This document shows, piece by piece, positions 49,294-58,109 of a stretch of DNA of 64,000 nucleotides. This DNA comes from Ignavibacteriota bacterium. GTDB taxonomy: Bacteria > Bacteroidota > Ignavibacteria > SZUA-365. The notes under the pieces were generated by a model. It did no database searches and was not told the origin of the DNA. It saw only the letters and a program-made list of their open reading frames with translations. How positions within the stretch are numbered: position 1 is the stretch's first letter; each line of letters starts with the position of its first letter. Location: the NCBI GenBank assembly GCA_016218045.1, contig JACRFB010000052.1, positions 80,481-144,480 of the forward strand, given 5' to 3'. A program made the position numbers and the translations under genes.

Positions 49294-51089
49294 ACAGTGC
49301 GCTCCTTCCGTGCGGCGCCAATGCGCGGTGCGAACTGCAACAGGAAATTCGGCGCGACTCCGACCACCCCTCGCGTGCGGCGCAGGGGAAGAAACGGATC
49401 ACTGAAGACGGGGTTGTTTGCAATGGCCGCGCGGGCGTCGTCGAGTGTAAGACCCGTCTGTTCCACCGCCCTCTGCAATTCCGCGCGCGCGGCGGCGCGG
49501 GCCTCGCCGAGGACCATCTGCACCCGGCTGTGAGCGTTGATCTCGCCTTCGCCGGATGTTTCGATGGGAAGGTAAATGATGTCCTTGTGATGCGATGTCA
49601 CCGCTGATTGCACTCCGTCGGACTGCGTGCTGGGCATACATCCGAAGGGTTTGACCGAGAGCACCATGTGGCAGAGCGATTTGTTCGTGTAGTAGATGTT
49701 CTTCGCGACTTCGAGATGCCCCTCCCCACCCTCGAGCCGCGTGTTGTAGTAGGGATGCGCGATGCGTTGCATGGCATATTGGTTCGGCAGTTCATGCGGT
49801 ATGTTGTCGAGGCAGCGACGCAGACGGTTGTATTCGCGCATGTACACCTTCTCCGCGAAAGTGAAAATGGCCACCTTCTTCCACATGGTTCCGAGCCGCT
49901 TCACTTTCTGAACCATACGAGCCGTAAGAGGGAGCGTCGGGTCGAGCCCGGAGAATTTTCGGTCGCGCGTCTCCTGTTTCACCTGGTGCAGCAGATAGAG
50001 CAGCCAGGTCGAGATGGGTTCCACCATGACCTGGGCGCCTTCCTTCTCGAGGAAGCGGAACATATTAAAATTGCCGTCGCCCTCGGTGGTCTGCGCCCAG
50101 AATTCACCGGTCACCTTGACGACGGGGCGCAGGCGGGTGCGGTCGACTTTCACGCCCGCAAAGAGGGCGCGGCACTCGGTCATTCCTTCGAGCAGTTCCC
50201 GCCCGAAGAGCTGCGCAAGGAAGCGTCGCGCTGTGGCTCTGGCCGCGGCTTTTGCAGGTCGATGTGCTGAGTCGCCGACGGCGCGCGGAACACTCGCCGC
50301 CTTCTGACGCTCCATGACACGCGCCATGATCTCGATCGATTCGTTGAGTGCCGCATCCGTCGCGCCCGGCACAAGCTCGAAAGGCCGCAATTGATACGCC
50401 ACGTCGTTGAGCACATCGGCGATCATAAACGAATTCAGAATCCCGAGTGTAAAATCGAGATTCATCTCGAGGCCCATATCGCCCGAGGCCTGGTTGAGTC
50501 CGCCGGACTGTTCGAGAATAAGCACACGGAATCCATCGAAGCCGGCGTTACGAAGCGCGAGACGGAATTCGGCCTCGTACATCCCGAAGCGGCAGGGACC
50601 GCATGCTCCGGCGGTAAAAAACACATGGCGGTCGATAATGTCGCGTCGCGACAATCCGCCGCGTTCGAGGGCGGTAAGATGCTCTATCAGATTCCCGACT
50701 GTGAAGTAGGTCGGATTACACTGGCCATTGTTGCCGTACTCCTTTCCTGTCTGGAATGCGCGCACGTTCGGGGTCGCAAGGTATTCGGCCTTGTAGCCGA
50801 GTCCGTGCATCATCGCCTGAATGAGTCGTTCGTGTTTCCAGGTGAGTCCGCCAAAAAGCACGGTTGTAAAGGGGCGTTCAGCCCTCGTAAACGGGCGCTC
50901 CTCAGGGCGCGCGGCGTGTTGGACGTGTTTATCAGTTATGCCGAGTTCCGACTCGAGCCGCGAACGTTCACGGGCCACGAGGATATCGATGGTTGTGTCC
51001 GATACCGGTGTTGTCGCTACCGGCGCATCAATGCCGCTACCCCGGCCGAAGGAATGATCGTGGCCGGGCGTCGGTCTATGTGAACTCAT
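49290..51089 (-). CDS. DUF2229 / 2-hydroxyacyl-CoA dehydratase-like Cys-rich protein
   Basis: TVLFGGLTWKHERL, GKEYGNNGQCNPTYF, TAGACGPCRFGMYE, VKPFGCMPSTQSD. ATGA overlap with the next gene. Confidence 0.8.
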   Translation of the reverse strand: MSSHRPTPGHDHSFGRGSGIDAPVATTPVSDTTIDILVARERSRLESELGITDKHVQHAARPEERPFTRAERPFTTVLFGGLTWKHERLIQAMMHGLGYKAEYLATPNVRAFQTGKEYGNNGQCNPTYFTVGNLIEHLTALERGGLSRRDIIDRHVFFTAGACGPCRFGMYEAEFRLALRNAGFDGFRVLILEQSGGLNQASGDMGLEMNLDFTLGILNSFMIADVLNDVAYQLRPFELVPGATDAALNESIEIMARVMERQKAASVPRAVGDSAHRPAKAAARATARRFLAQLFGRELLEGMTECRALFAGVKVDRTRLRPVVKVTGEFWAQTTEGDGNFNMFRFLEKEGAQVMVEPISTWLLYLLHQVKQETRDRKFSGLDPTLPLTARMVQKVKRLGTMWKKVAIFTFAEKVYMREYNRLRRCLDNIPHELPNQYAMQRIAHPYYNTRLEGGEGHLEVAKNIYYTNKSLCHMVLSVKPFGCMPSTQSDGVQSAVTSHHKDIIYLPIETSGEGEINAHSRVQMVLGEARAAARAELQRAVEQTGLTLDDARAAIANNPVFSDPFLPLRRTRGVVGVAPNFLLQFAPRIGAARKERTV

Positions 51090-51340
51090 CGTGCGATCCT
51101 TTCGTGAAATGGGTTCATCCGGTGTAAAGTGGTTCTCTCACCCCGCCGGCAACGGTCGAAATACCCCGCTGCCGTAATGGTGTGGGCTGTAGGGAAATAG
51201 GTACGGGAGAGAGAACTGTATAGACAGAAAAACAGCACATGAGAGCAGGATTGTGTGAAAAGAAAAAATACAAAAAGCGCCGCACTTTCCAACGTGGCCG
51301 CGTGTATTCGACCCATTATTGCGGTGGCTGTCATAAACGG

Positions 51341-51364
51341 AAAACGGGGCCGAAGCCCCGTTTT
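51341..51364 (-). terminator. GC-rich hairpin terminator after the T9SS cargo gene
   Basis: AAAACGGGGC-CGAA-GCCCCGTTTT perfect inverted repeat, 22 nt after the stop at 51386. Confidence 0.6.
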
Positions 51365-51385
51365 CCACCAGCGGAAATTCGATCC

Positions 51386-54325
51386 TCAGCGCTGAACCTG
51401 CAACAGGCCAGCGGCTTCGTACTGGCCTGCGCGGAGCACAAAGCGGTAGCTTCCGATGGGCAGCGCTGCCGCATTAAAAGCGGCGGTGTAGCGGCCCGGC
51501 GTACGCTCGGCGTCGACGAGCACCGCGACTGTCTGTCCGAGAATATTTTCGATGCGCAATGTCACACGCACCGCCTTATGTATCTCGTACGGAATCGAGG
51601 TAGTCGATGAGAACGGATTCGGGTAATTCTGCAGCAGTGTAAAGCCCGACACCGATGCAGGCGGTCCTTCCACTCCGTTAGGATTGCGACCTTCGCCGGT
51701 TACGTCCACTTTGTCGGGTGTCGAGGCGCTGTTGCTGGTGTACGAAATGACGCCGTTGATCGTCCCAACGCTTGTGGGCGCAAAACGCAGCGTATCGGGA
51801 TAGCTGTATCCCGGCGCTATGGTAAACACGGTCGGACGCGCACTGAACGCCGGATTATTGCTTGACACACCAGTGACACGCAATGTGTCGAGCATCTTGT
51901 TCTGGATGTAAATCACGGTATCGCGCCACTTCCCTGTTTCGATCGGACCAAAAGCAAGTGCGGACGGTGCGAACACCACGTTTATCTGGCCGTTGGCGGA
52001 CAGGGTCAGCTTGTCGGGTGTTGTACGCGAGTTGCTGTAGATGGTGAGTTCGCCACTGACGGCACCGAGGCGCACCGGGGAACAGCGCACTTTCATCTTA
52101 TAGGTCGCCTGGGGCGGAACATTGAACATGGTCACGATGGGAATAAACGCCGCATCGTCGCTGTCGATCGATGTGACACGCAGTGTGTCCGTGCCGTTAT
52201 TCTTCAGATCGATCGCAGTGTCTTTCCGTGCGCCGACTGCAACATCACCGAAGGCGACACCGGTCGGGGTCATGATGATGTCGACTTCGCCGACGCCGAT
52301 GCCGGTCATAAACAGAGTGTCCGGTGAACTCGGGGCGTTGCTGAGCAGCACGATGCGCGCGTTCACGTTGCCCGGTGCGCGCGGAGCGTAGCGGATGCGC
52401 TGAGTAAGCGTGCGGCCGGGCGCGACGTTCGAGATGCCCGGTGAAATTGTGAAAGCGGCGTTCGAGGAATTCGCGGAGGTGATCTTCAGTGTGTCGAGGC
52501 CGGCGTTTGTGAACACGACGTTGGTATCCTTCTGTGTGCTCATGCGCACGTAGCCCATCGAGAAGCGGCGCGCGGGCACGTCGAGCACCGCGGTGCCCGT
52601 GCCGGTGCCGGAAACACGGATGGTGTCGGGAGAAGTCCAACTGTCGCTCTGCACAACGACGAAGCCGCTGATCGGTCCCGTGACACTTGGTGTGAAACGA
52701 ATGGTGTCGTTGAAGGACGTGCCGGAGGCGAGCGATTTTACCGTGGGTCGCGCTGCAAAATCAGGACTGGAGGACGTGATGTTGCTGATGTGCAGCGTGT
52801 CACCGCCGGTGTTGGTTATTGCCACCACGCGGTCGCGCTTCGCGCCGACGCCCAGCACGCCGAAGTCCATAGTCTTTGACGAAAGCTGCATTGCCGGCTG
52901 CGAACGCGGGAAGGTGCCGTCGCTGAGCAGTTTTGCGGCGTAGATGTGGGCGTTGCTGAAACCGCTGCGGTAATCTTCCCACGCAAAAATCGCGGAACCG
53001 TCTGTGGAGGTGACGATCACAGGAGCGGACTGCGTATTCGGAGGTGTGCTGACCGCAACCCCGTTTTCCGCCCACAGGCGATTGCCGCTGGCGTCGAAGC
53101 GCTGGGCATAAATATCGCCGTTGATGTTGCCATTCCGCCGGTCCTCCCATGCCACAAAAATGCCGCCGTCGTCGGCCTTGCACACTGTGGGAACGAGCTG
53201 ACTGTTGGGCGCTGTACAGACGGGCACTCCATTGGCCGTCCATTTTGCGCTGCCATCGGGATTCATGTACTGGACGTAAATATCACTGCTGCTGCCCGCG
53301 CGGTAATCTTCCCAGACAATGACGCCGGCGCCTCCGCCCATTCCGATGATGGAGGGATTGTCGGATATTCCGCCGGCGTTGGTGACGGGACCACCGGTCC
53401 ACATGCCGGTACCGTTTGCATCAATACGCTGTGCATATACGACCTGTCGGTTCGATATCCGGAAATCGGGCCAGGCGGTCACAACACCGTTTAATCCATC
53501 GTAGGCGATGTACGGATACCCCTGATTTCCCGCAGCATTACAGAGAGGAAGTCCGGCTCCGGGGAACTTCAAGCCGCCCCCCGCGGTGACACGCTGGATA
53601 TACAGATCGTACTGCCCGCTCGGCCCACCGCGGAACCACTGCCAGGCAATCCAGCATCCTTTGTCACCGTCCGAGCAGATAGAGGGAGAATACTGGTACA
53701 TGCCGCTCTGCGGTGTGATCGGCGAGACGTACCCGGCACTCGGCCAGGCCAGCGTGCCGTCGGCATTGACACGAATGAGCATGATCTGATTGTCGAAATT
53801 GCCGCCGGCCACGTTGTCCATGAATCCGACAAAACACCCGCCCTGTCCGTCGACGCAGATGACGGGATCGCTCTGCTCCTTGTCGATAAGCACGTTGGGC
53901 ACAAGATCCACTCCCGAACTCGACCACATCATCGCGCCGTTGGAATCGAGCTGCTGAATGTAAATGTCGTTGTTCTGGAAACGAACGTCCTTCCACACGA
54001 TAAAGGCGCCGCCCTTCTCATTTGTGCACATCTGCGGCTTGTTCTGCGAACCCACGATGGTGCATACGGGCACGCCGTTCAGGCCCCAGCGGACGTTGCC
54101 GTCGGCGTCGATGCGCTGCGCGTAGATGTCGTAGATATTGAGACCGGACCGCTCGTCTTCCCACGTGAAGATGGCGCCGCCCTTCCCGTCGCTGATCGCC
54201 TTCACAAGACGTTGGTTGCGCTGTTCGGTGCAGATCGGATTGTTCGCCGCGGGATTTGAAGACCATTGCGCGGCGAGGTTCACCGTGCAGACAAGAAGAA
54301 TAACAAGCAGGGTACAAAAACGCAT
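51386..54325 (-). CDS. Large secreted repeat protein with T9SS C-terminal sorting domain
   Basis: Signal peptide MRFCTLLVILLVCTVNLAAQ, AGGAG RBS, about eight DIYAQR.D..G...W repeats, four Ig-like modules of about 95 aa, and C-terminal LLQNYPNPFSSTTSIPYEI sorting domain. Confidence 0.8.
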   Translation of the reverse strand: MRFCTLLVILLVCTVNLAAQWSSNPAANNPICTEQRNQRLVKAISDGKGGAIFTWEDERSGLNIYDIYAQRIDADGNVRWGLNGVPVCTIVGSQNKPQMCTNEKGGAFIVWKDVRFQNNDIYIQQLDSNGAMMWSSSGVDLVPNVLIDKEQSDPVICVDGQGGCFVGFMDNVAGGNFDNQIMLIRVNADGTLAWPSAGYVSPITPQSGMYQYSPSICSDGDKGCWIAWQWFRGGPSGQYDLYIQRVTAGGGLKFPGAGLPLCNAAGNQGYPYIAYDGLNGVVTAWPDFRISNRQVVYAQRIDANGTGMWTGGPVTNAGGISDNPSIIGMGGGAGVIVWEDYRAGSSSDIYVQYMNPDGSAKWTANGVPVCTAPNSQLVPTVCKADDGGIFVAWEDRRNGNINGDIYAQRFDASGNRLWAENGVAVSTPPNTQSAPVIVTSTDGSAIFAWEDYRSGFSNAHIYAAKLLSDGTFPRSQPAMQLSSKTMDFGVLGVGAKRDRVVAITNTGGDTLHISNITSSSPDFAARPTVKSLASGTSFNDTIRFTPSVTGPISGFVVVQSDSWTSPDTIRVSGTGTGTAVLDVPARRFSMGYVRMSTQKDTNVVFTNAGLDTLKITSANSSNAAFTISPGISNVAPGRTLTQRIRYAPRAPGNVNARIVLLSNAPSSPDTLFMTGIGVGEVDIIMTPTGVAFGDVAVGARKDTAIDLKNNGTDTLRVTSIDSDDAAFIPIVTMFNVPPQATYKMKVRCSPVRLGAVSGELTIYSNSRTTPDKLTLSANGQINVVFAPSALAFGPIETGKWRDTVIYIQNKMLDTLRVTGVSSNNPAFSARPTVFTIAPGYSYPDTLRFAPTSVGTINGVISYTSNSASTPDKVDVTGEGRNPNGVEGPPASVSGFTLLQNYPNPFSSTTSIPYEIHKAVRVTLRIENILGQTVAVLVDAERTPGRYTAAFNAAALPIGSYRFVLRAGQYEAAGLLQVQR

Positions 54326-54538
54326 GATGGGTACTCCTGAACCAGTGGGTAAGATGGCGAGAGCGAGATGCGGCGTCTCCGGTGAACCGGCATAGACGCG
54401 ACGTAGAACGAGGAGATTGTTGGTGTGATCGGGGCTTCCGTGATCTGCTGCGCCCTGTGCGGGACGTGGTGTTTCACGAACAAAAATGTAGCACATTTTC
54501 GGCTGTGGCGAAAGGCAGAAATTGTGCAAATCCGGATG

Positions 54539-55552
54539 CTATGAATCCGAGCCCTGCTTCGACTCCGTGTCGGGAAACACAAGATCCGGCATCTCCGACG
54601 ATGCCATGATGCGCCGGATCCGTTTCTCCTGAAAGAGTTTTTTCAACTGCCGTCTCTCGCGTGCCATCTCCCCTATTTCGGCCGCGACAAGCAGCGTGAT
54701 GCTGGAGTAGTAAATCCAGATCGCCGTGGCGACAAGCACCGCGTAGGGTCCGTACACACGGCCGATGCTCCACAGATTCGCGAGGTAGTAGCCAAACAGC
54801 GCCTTCGCCACGCCCCAGAACACCGCGGCTATGCCGCTCGACAAAAGCACCACCCTCCACGAAATTCTCTGGTCTGGCACCAGAACAAAGACCACACAGA
54901 ACAGCATAAAATTCAGCAGGCCCGTCGAGACGTGCAGCAACGTGCCCTCGAGAAGCCAGTGCCCAGCCGCGAGCCCGAACCAGGATTCCGCCAGTCCGCG
55001 GATGAGCGTCATGCCGTAGCTGAGCGCGGTGATGAGTACCAGCGCGATGCCGACCGTCGACAGCAGGGCGAGATCCTTGAGTTTCGAGACAACAAAATTG
55101 CGTGTGTCGCGGATGGCGAAAATGCGGTTGAGCACCACACGCAGTGCGGCAAACAGCGCGCTGGACGTCCATATCAGACCAACGAGTCCGATAATTCCCG
55201 CAAGGGAGGATCCGCCCACAAACTCGCGCACGAGCATGATCACGCGTTCGCGGATGTACTCGCGTTCGTAGGGAATCATGTCGAGAGAGTCGAGATACGA
55301 GTTAATTGTGGCGAGCGCAGAAGCCGAGTCGAGATACAGGCCAAGGACGTAAAAAATGACCAGGACGAGGGGGATAAAGCAGAGGAAGGAGTTGAAGGCG
55401 ATTGCCGCCCCGGAAAGGAAGATGTGGTTGTCTTCCATACGCTCCGTGATCCGCACGAGATACATCCACACTTCCCGGATGCCCCGTATCGACGCGATGC
55501 GCCGGGCCGTGGCGACTCCCCTTTGCAGGGCCGTGGTCCTCATTGCTTTCAC
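54539..55552 (-). CDS. YihY/BrkB-family inner membrane protein
   Basis: LSGAAIAFNSFLCFIPLVLV and a multi-TM profile typical of the family. Confidence 0.85.
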   Translation of the reverse strand: MKAMRTTALQRGVATARRIASIRGIREVWMYLVRITERMEDNHIFLSGAAIAFNSFLCFIPLVLVIFYVLGLYLDSASALATINSYLDSLDMIPYEREYIRERVIMLVREFVGGSSLAGIIGLVGLIWTSSALFAALRVVLNRIFAIRDTRNFVVSKLKDLALLSTVGIALVLITALSYGMTLIRGLAESWFGLAAGHWLLEGTLLHVSTGLLNFMLFCVVFVLVPDQRISWRVVLLSSGIAAVFWGVAKALFGYYLANLWSIGRVYGPYAVLVATAIWIYYSSITLLVAAEIGEMARERRQLKKLFQEKRIRRIMASSEMPDLVFPDTESKQGSDS

Positions 55553-55650
55553 CGAAGTCGTCCGGTGTATGGAGGTGCTTCGTCCATGCCGTCGTGTGCC
55601 GAGCGATTCATACTCGAGAGTCGCGGAAAACGGTCACGGAGTGGCATGGT

Positions 55651-57882
55651 TCAGACCGGATCGGCCAGCCGACGTTCCAGCGAATGCCAGTAGCGGTCCG
55701 CCATCTCGCGCACGTCGGCGGACACATCATCGTTGATAAGCAGCGCGGAGCCGCCGACCACGCCGAGTTCCTGGATTTCCACCTCGTGCTCCATCGCGAT
55801 CTGCACGAGGTCGCGTTTCCGCGCCGGATTGCACGAGACGATGACGCGCGACTGCGCCTCGCCGAAGTAGAGCGCATCGCGACGGAAGGTATCGTACACG
55901 CGCACGTGCGCTCCAATCGGGGAAGGTCCCGTCACACAGCATTCCGCGAGTGCCACAGCCAAACCGCCGTCGGAGACATCGTGGGAACTCGACAGAAGAC
56001 GCGCGCGTATCATCGCGAGCACGGCTTTCTGCACACGCTGTTCCTCCTCGATGTCGAAATGCGGCGCGTCGCCTGCAACGATGCCGTGCACTGCGGCGAG
56101 GTATTCGCTGCCGCCGATATCGTTCTGATTCGCTCCGATGAGGAACACCAGATCCCCTTCCGCGCGAAAATGAGCGGTCATCATCGCGTCCACATCCTCG
56201 ATCAGACCGAGCATACCGATGACGGGCGTGGGATACACGGCACCCGCCGGATCCTCGTTGTAGAAGCTGACATTGCCGCCCGTGACCGGGGTTCCGAAGA
56301 CGCGGCAGGCCTCGCCCATACCGGCAACCGCCTCGGCGAACATGTAGAACATCTCGGGCTTGTAGGGATTGCCGAAGTTGAGACAGTTCGTGATCGCGAG
56401 CGGTTCAGCACCGGTGCATACCACGTTGCGCGCGCTCTCGGCCACGGCGATCATCGCTCCCCTGCGGGGATTGAGGTACACATAGCGGCCGTTGCAGTCG
56501 GTTTTCACCGCAATCGCCTTGTTGGTGTCCTTGATCCGTATCACCGCCGCGTCTCCGCCGGGCAACTGCGCCGAATTGGTGCGTACTGAGGTGTCGTACT
56601 GCTCGTAGACCCACCGTTTGCTCGCGATGTTGGGTGTTGCGAGCAGTTCCTGAAGGACGGCGGTGAGATCGGTGGGGACCGGAACGGATTCGGGCCGGAA
56701 GGCGGCGGTGACATCGAGATATTCAGGCCGTTGTGTCTCGCGATGGTACACCGGCGCGCCGCCGCCGAGAACCATGCTGTGCGCCGGCGCCTGCGCAAGC
56801 ACGCGCCCCTGATGGCGGATGGTCACGAGTCCGTCGGAGGTGACATGTCCGATGGTCACCGCGTGAAGGTCCCACTTGTCGAAGATTTCGCGCACGCGCG
56901 CTTCATTCCCCTTCTTCACCACAACAAGCATGCGCTCCTGCGATTCCGACAGCATGATCTCGTAGGCGCTCATGCCCGTTTCACGCGCGGGGACCAGGTC
57001 GAGATCCACATCCATCCCCGCACCGCCCTTGGCCGACATTTCGGTGGACGAGCAGGTGATGCCCGCGGCACCCATGTCCTGAATTCCGATAATCAGATCC
57101 TCTTTGATTATTTCGAGCGTCGCTTCGAGCAGCAGCTTTTCGGTGAAAGGATCACCCACCTGTACGGAGGGACGTTTCGACTCCGATTCCTCGGAGATCT
57201 CGACCGATGCAAATGTCGCCCCGTGTATGCCGTCGCGGCCCGTGGACGAACCGACTATCATCACCGGATTCCCCTCTCCCGACGCCACCGCCGACGCGAC
57301 CTGGCCGTGCCGCACGATGCCGACGGCCATGGCGTTGACCAGCGGATTGCCCGTGTACGAGGGATCAAAATAGATTTCCCCCGCGACGGTTGGGACGCCG
57401 AAACAGTTGCCGTAATGACCGATGCCGCTGACGACACCACGCAGGAGAAAGCGCACACGGGGGTTGTCGAGAGATCCGAAGCGCAGGGAATCGCAGGCGG
57501 CGATTGGCCTCGCGCCCATTGTGAAGACGTCGCGAAGAATGCCCCCCACACCCGTCGCGGCGCCTTGAAAGGGCTCGATGGCGGAGGGGTGATTGTGGCT
57601 TTCGATCTTGAAGGCGATCGCGAGACCGTCGCCGATGTCCACAAGACCCGCGTTTTCTTCACCTGCCCCGACCAGGAGCCTGCCGCCGGACCGCGGAAGC
57701 GTCTTCAGATGCGCGATCGAGTTTTTATAGCTGCAATGCTCACTCCACATCACACTGTACATGCCGAGCTCCGTGTAGGTCGGCGTGCGTCCGCCGAGGT
57801 ACTCGAGTATCTGCGCGTATTCGTCATCCGTCAAACCGAGTTCGCGCGCGAGTTCGATTGTGACGTCGATGTCGTGAGACAT
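55651..57882 (-). CDS. purL: Phosphoribosylformylglycinamidine synthase subunit PurL
   Basis: [54 protein letters not shown] 57882 has a GGAG RBS, and 57939 is an alternative start. Confidence 0.95.
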   Translation of the reverse strand: MSHDIDVTIELARELGLTDDEYAQILEYLGGRTPTYTELGMYSVMWSEHCSYKNSIAHLKTLPRSGGRLLVGAGEENAGLVDIGDGLAIAFKIESHNHPSAIEPFQGAATGVGGILRDVFTMGARPIAACDSLRFGSLDNPRVRFLLRGVVSGIGHYGNCFGVPTVAGEIYFDPSYTGNPLVNAMAVGIVRHGQVASAVASGEGNPVMIVGSSTGRDGIHGATFASVEISEESESKRPSVQVGDPFTEKLLLEATLEIIKEDLIIGIQDMGAAGITCSSTEMSAKGGAGMDVDLDLVPARETGMSAYEIMLSESQERMLVVVKKGNEARVREIFDKWDLHAVTIGHVTSDGLVTIRHQGRVLAQAPAHSMVLGGGAPVYHRETQRPEYLDVTAAFRPESVPVPTDLTAVLQELLATPNIASKRWVYEQYDTSVRTNSAQLPGGDAAVIRIKDTNKAIAVKTDCNGRYVYLNPRRGAMIAVAESARNVVCTGAEPLAITNCLNFGNPYKPEMFYMFAEAVAGMGEACRVFGTPVTGGNVSFYNEDPAGAVYPTPVIGMLGLIEDVDAMMTAHFRAEGDLVFLIGANQNDIGGSEYLAAVHGIVAGDAPHFDIEEEQRVQKAVLAMIRARLLSSSHDVSDGGLAVALAECCVTGPSPIGAHVRVYDTFRRDALYFGEAQSRVIVSCNPARKRDLVQIAMEHEVEIQELGVVGGSALLINDDVSADVREMADRYWHSLERRLADPV

Positions 57883-57973
57883 GGGGGCTCCGGATTTTCT
57901 GGATGGGACGGCTGCATGTAAGCCGCTACGGAACTGCAAAATACACTTTTTCGGTGAACGCGGGAGAGGAGAA

Positions 57974-58037
57974 GCGTAAAGGCGTAAAGAGGTGAAGGCG
58001 TGAAGGGGTGAAGACGTAAAGAGGTAAAGGGGTGAGG
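57974..58037. repeat. Eight tandem degenerate octamers (NNGTRAAG)
   Basis: gcgtaaag gcgtaaag aggtgaag gcgtgaag gggtgaag acgtaaag aggtaaag gggtgagg, read directly from the sequence. Confidence 0.85.
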
Positions 58038-58050
58038 AAATGGTTCTGTT

Positions 58051-58088
58051 AAAACGGAGCCCCCGGATCGGTGGAAGATCCGGGGGCT
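58051..58088 (-). terminator. Rho-independent terminator after the SGNH lipoprotein gene
   Basis: AGCCCCCGGATC / GATCCGGGGGCT 12-bp stem, followed on the minus strand by CCGTTTT. Confidence 0.65.
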
Positions 58089-58109
58089 GGATAGACGAGG
58101 AAGAAAATG

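Noticed and set aside
51276-51292. Sigma-54-like GG-N10-GC spacing (TGGAAAGTGCGGCGC on the minus strand) upstream of the activase operon
   Set aside because: Only the GG and GC dinucleotides fit. The flanking consensus TGGCAC-N5-TTGCW is not matched, so this is likely chance in GC-rich DNA.
51086-51334. 82-aa minus-strand ORF whose stop forms an ATGA overlap with the 599-aa dehydratase-like gene
   Set aside because: It would fill the whole spacer right up to the upstream terminator, leaving no room for a promoter. The region is AT-rich without the G/C-ending codon bias of real genes here. The predicted peptide is low in complexity. It remains only a remote possibility for a small membrane peptide.
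57974-58037. Octamer array considered as a CRISPR array or coding repeat
   Set aside because: The units are contiguous 8-mers with no spacers and there are no cas genes. No open frame covers them, so this is a simple tandem repeat, reported under findings.
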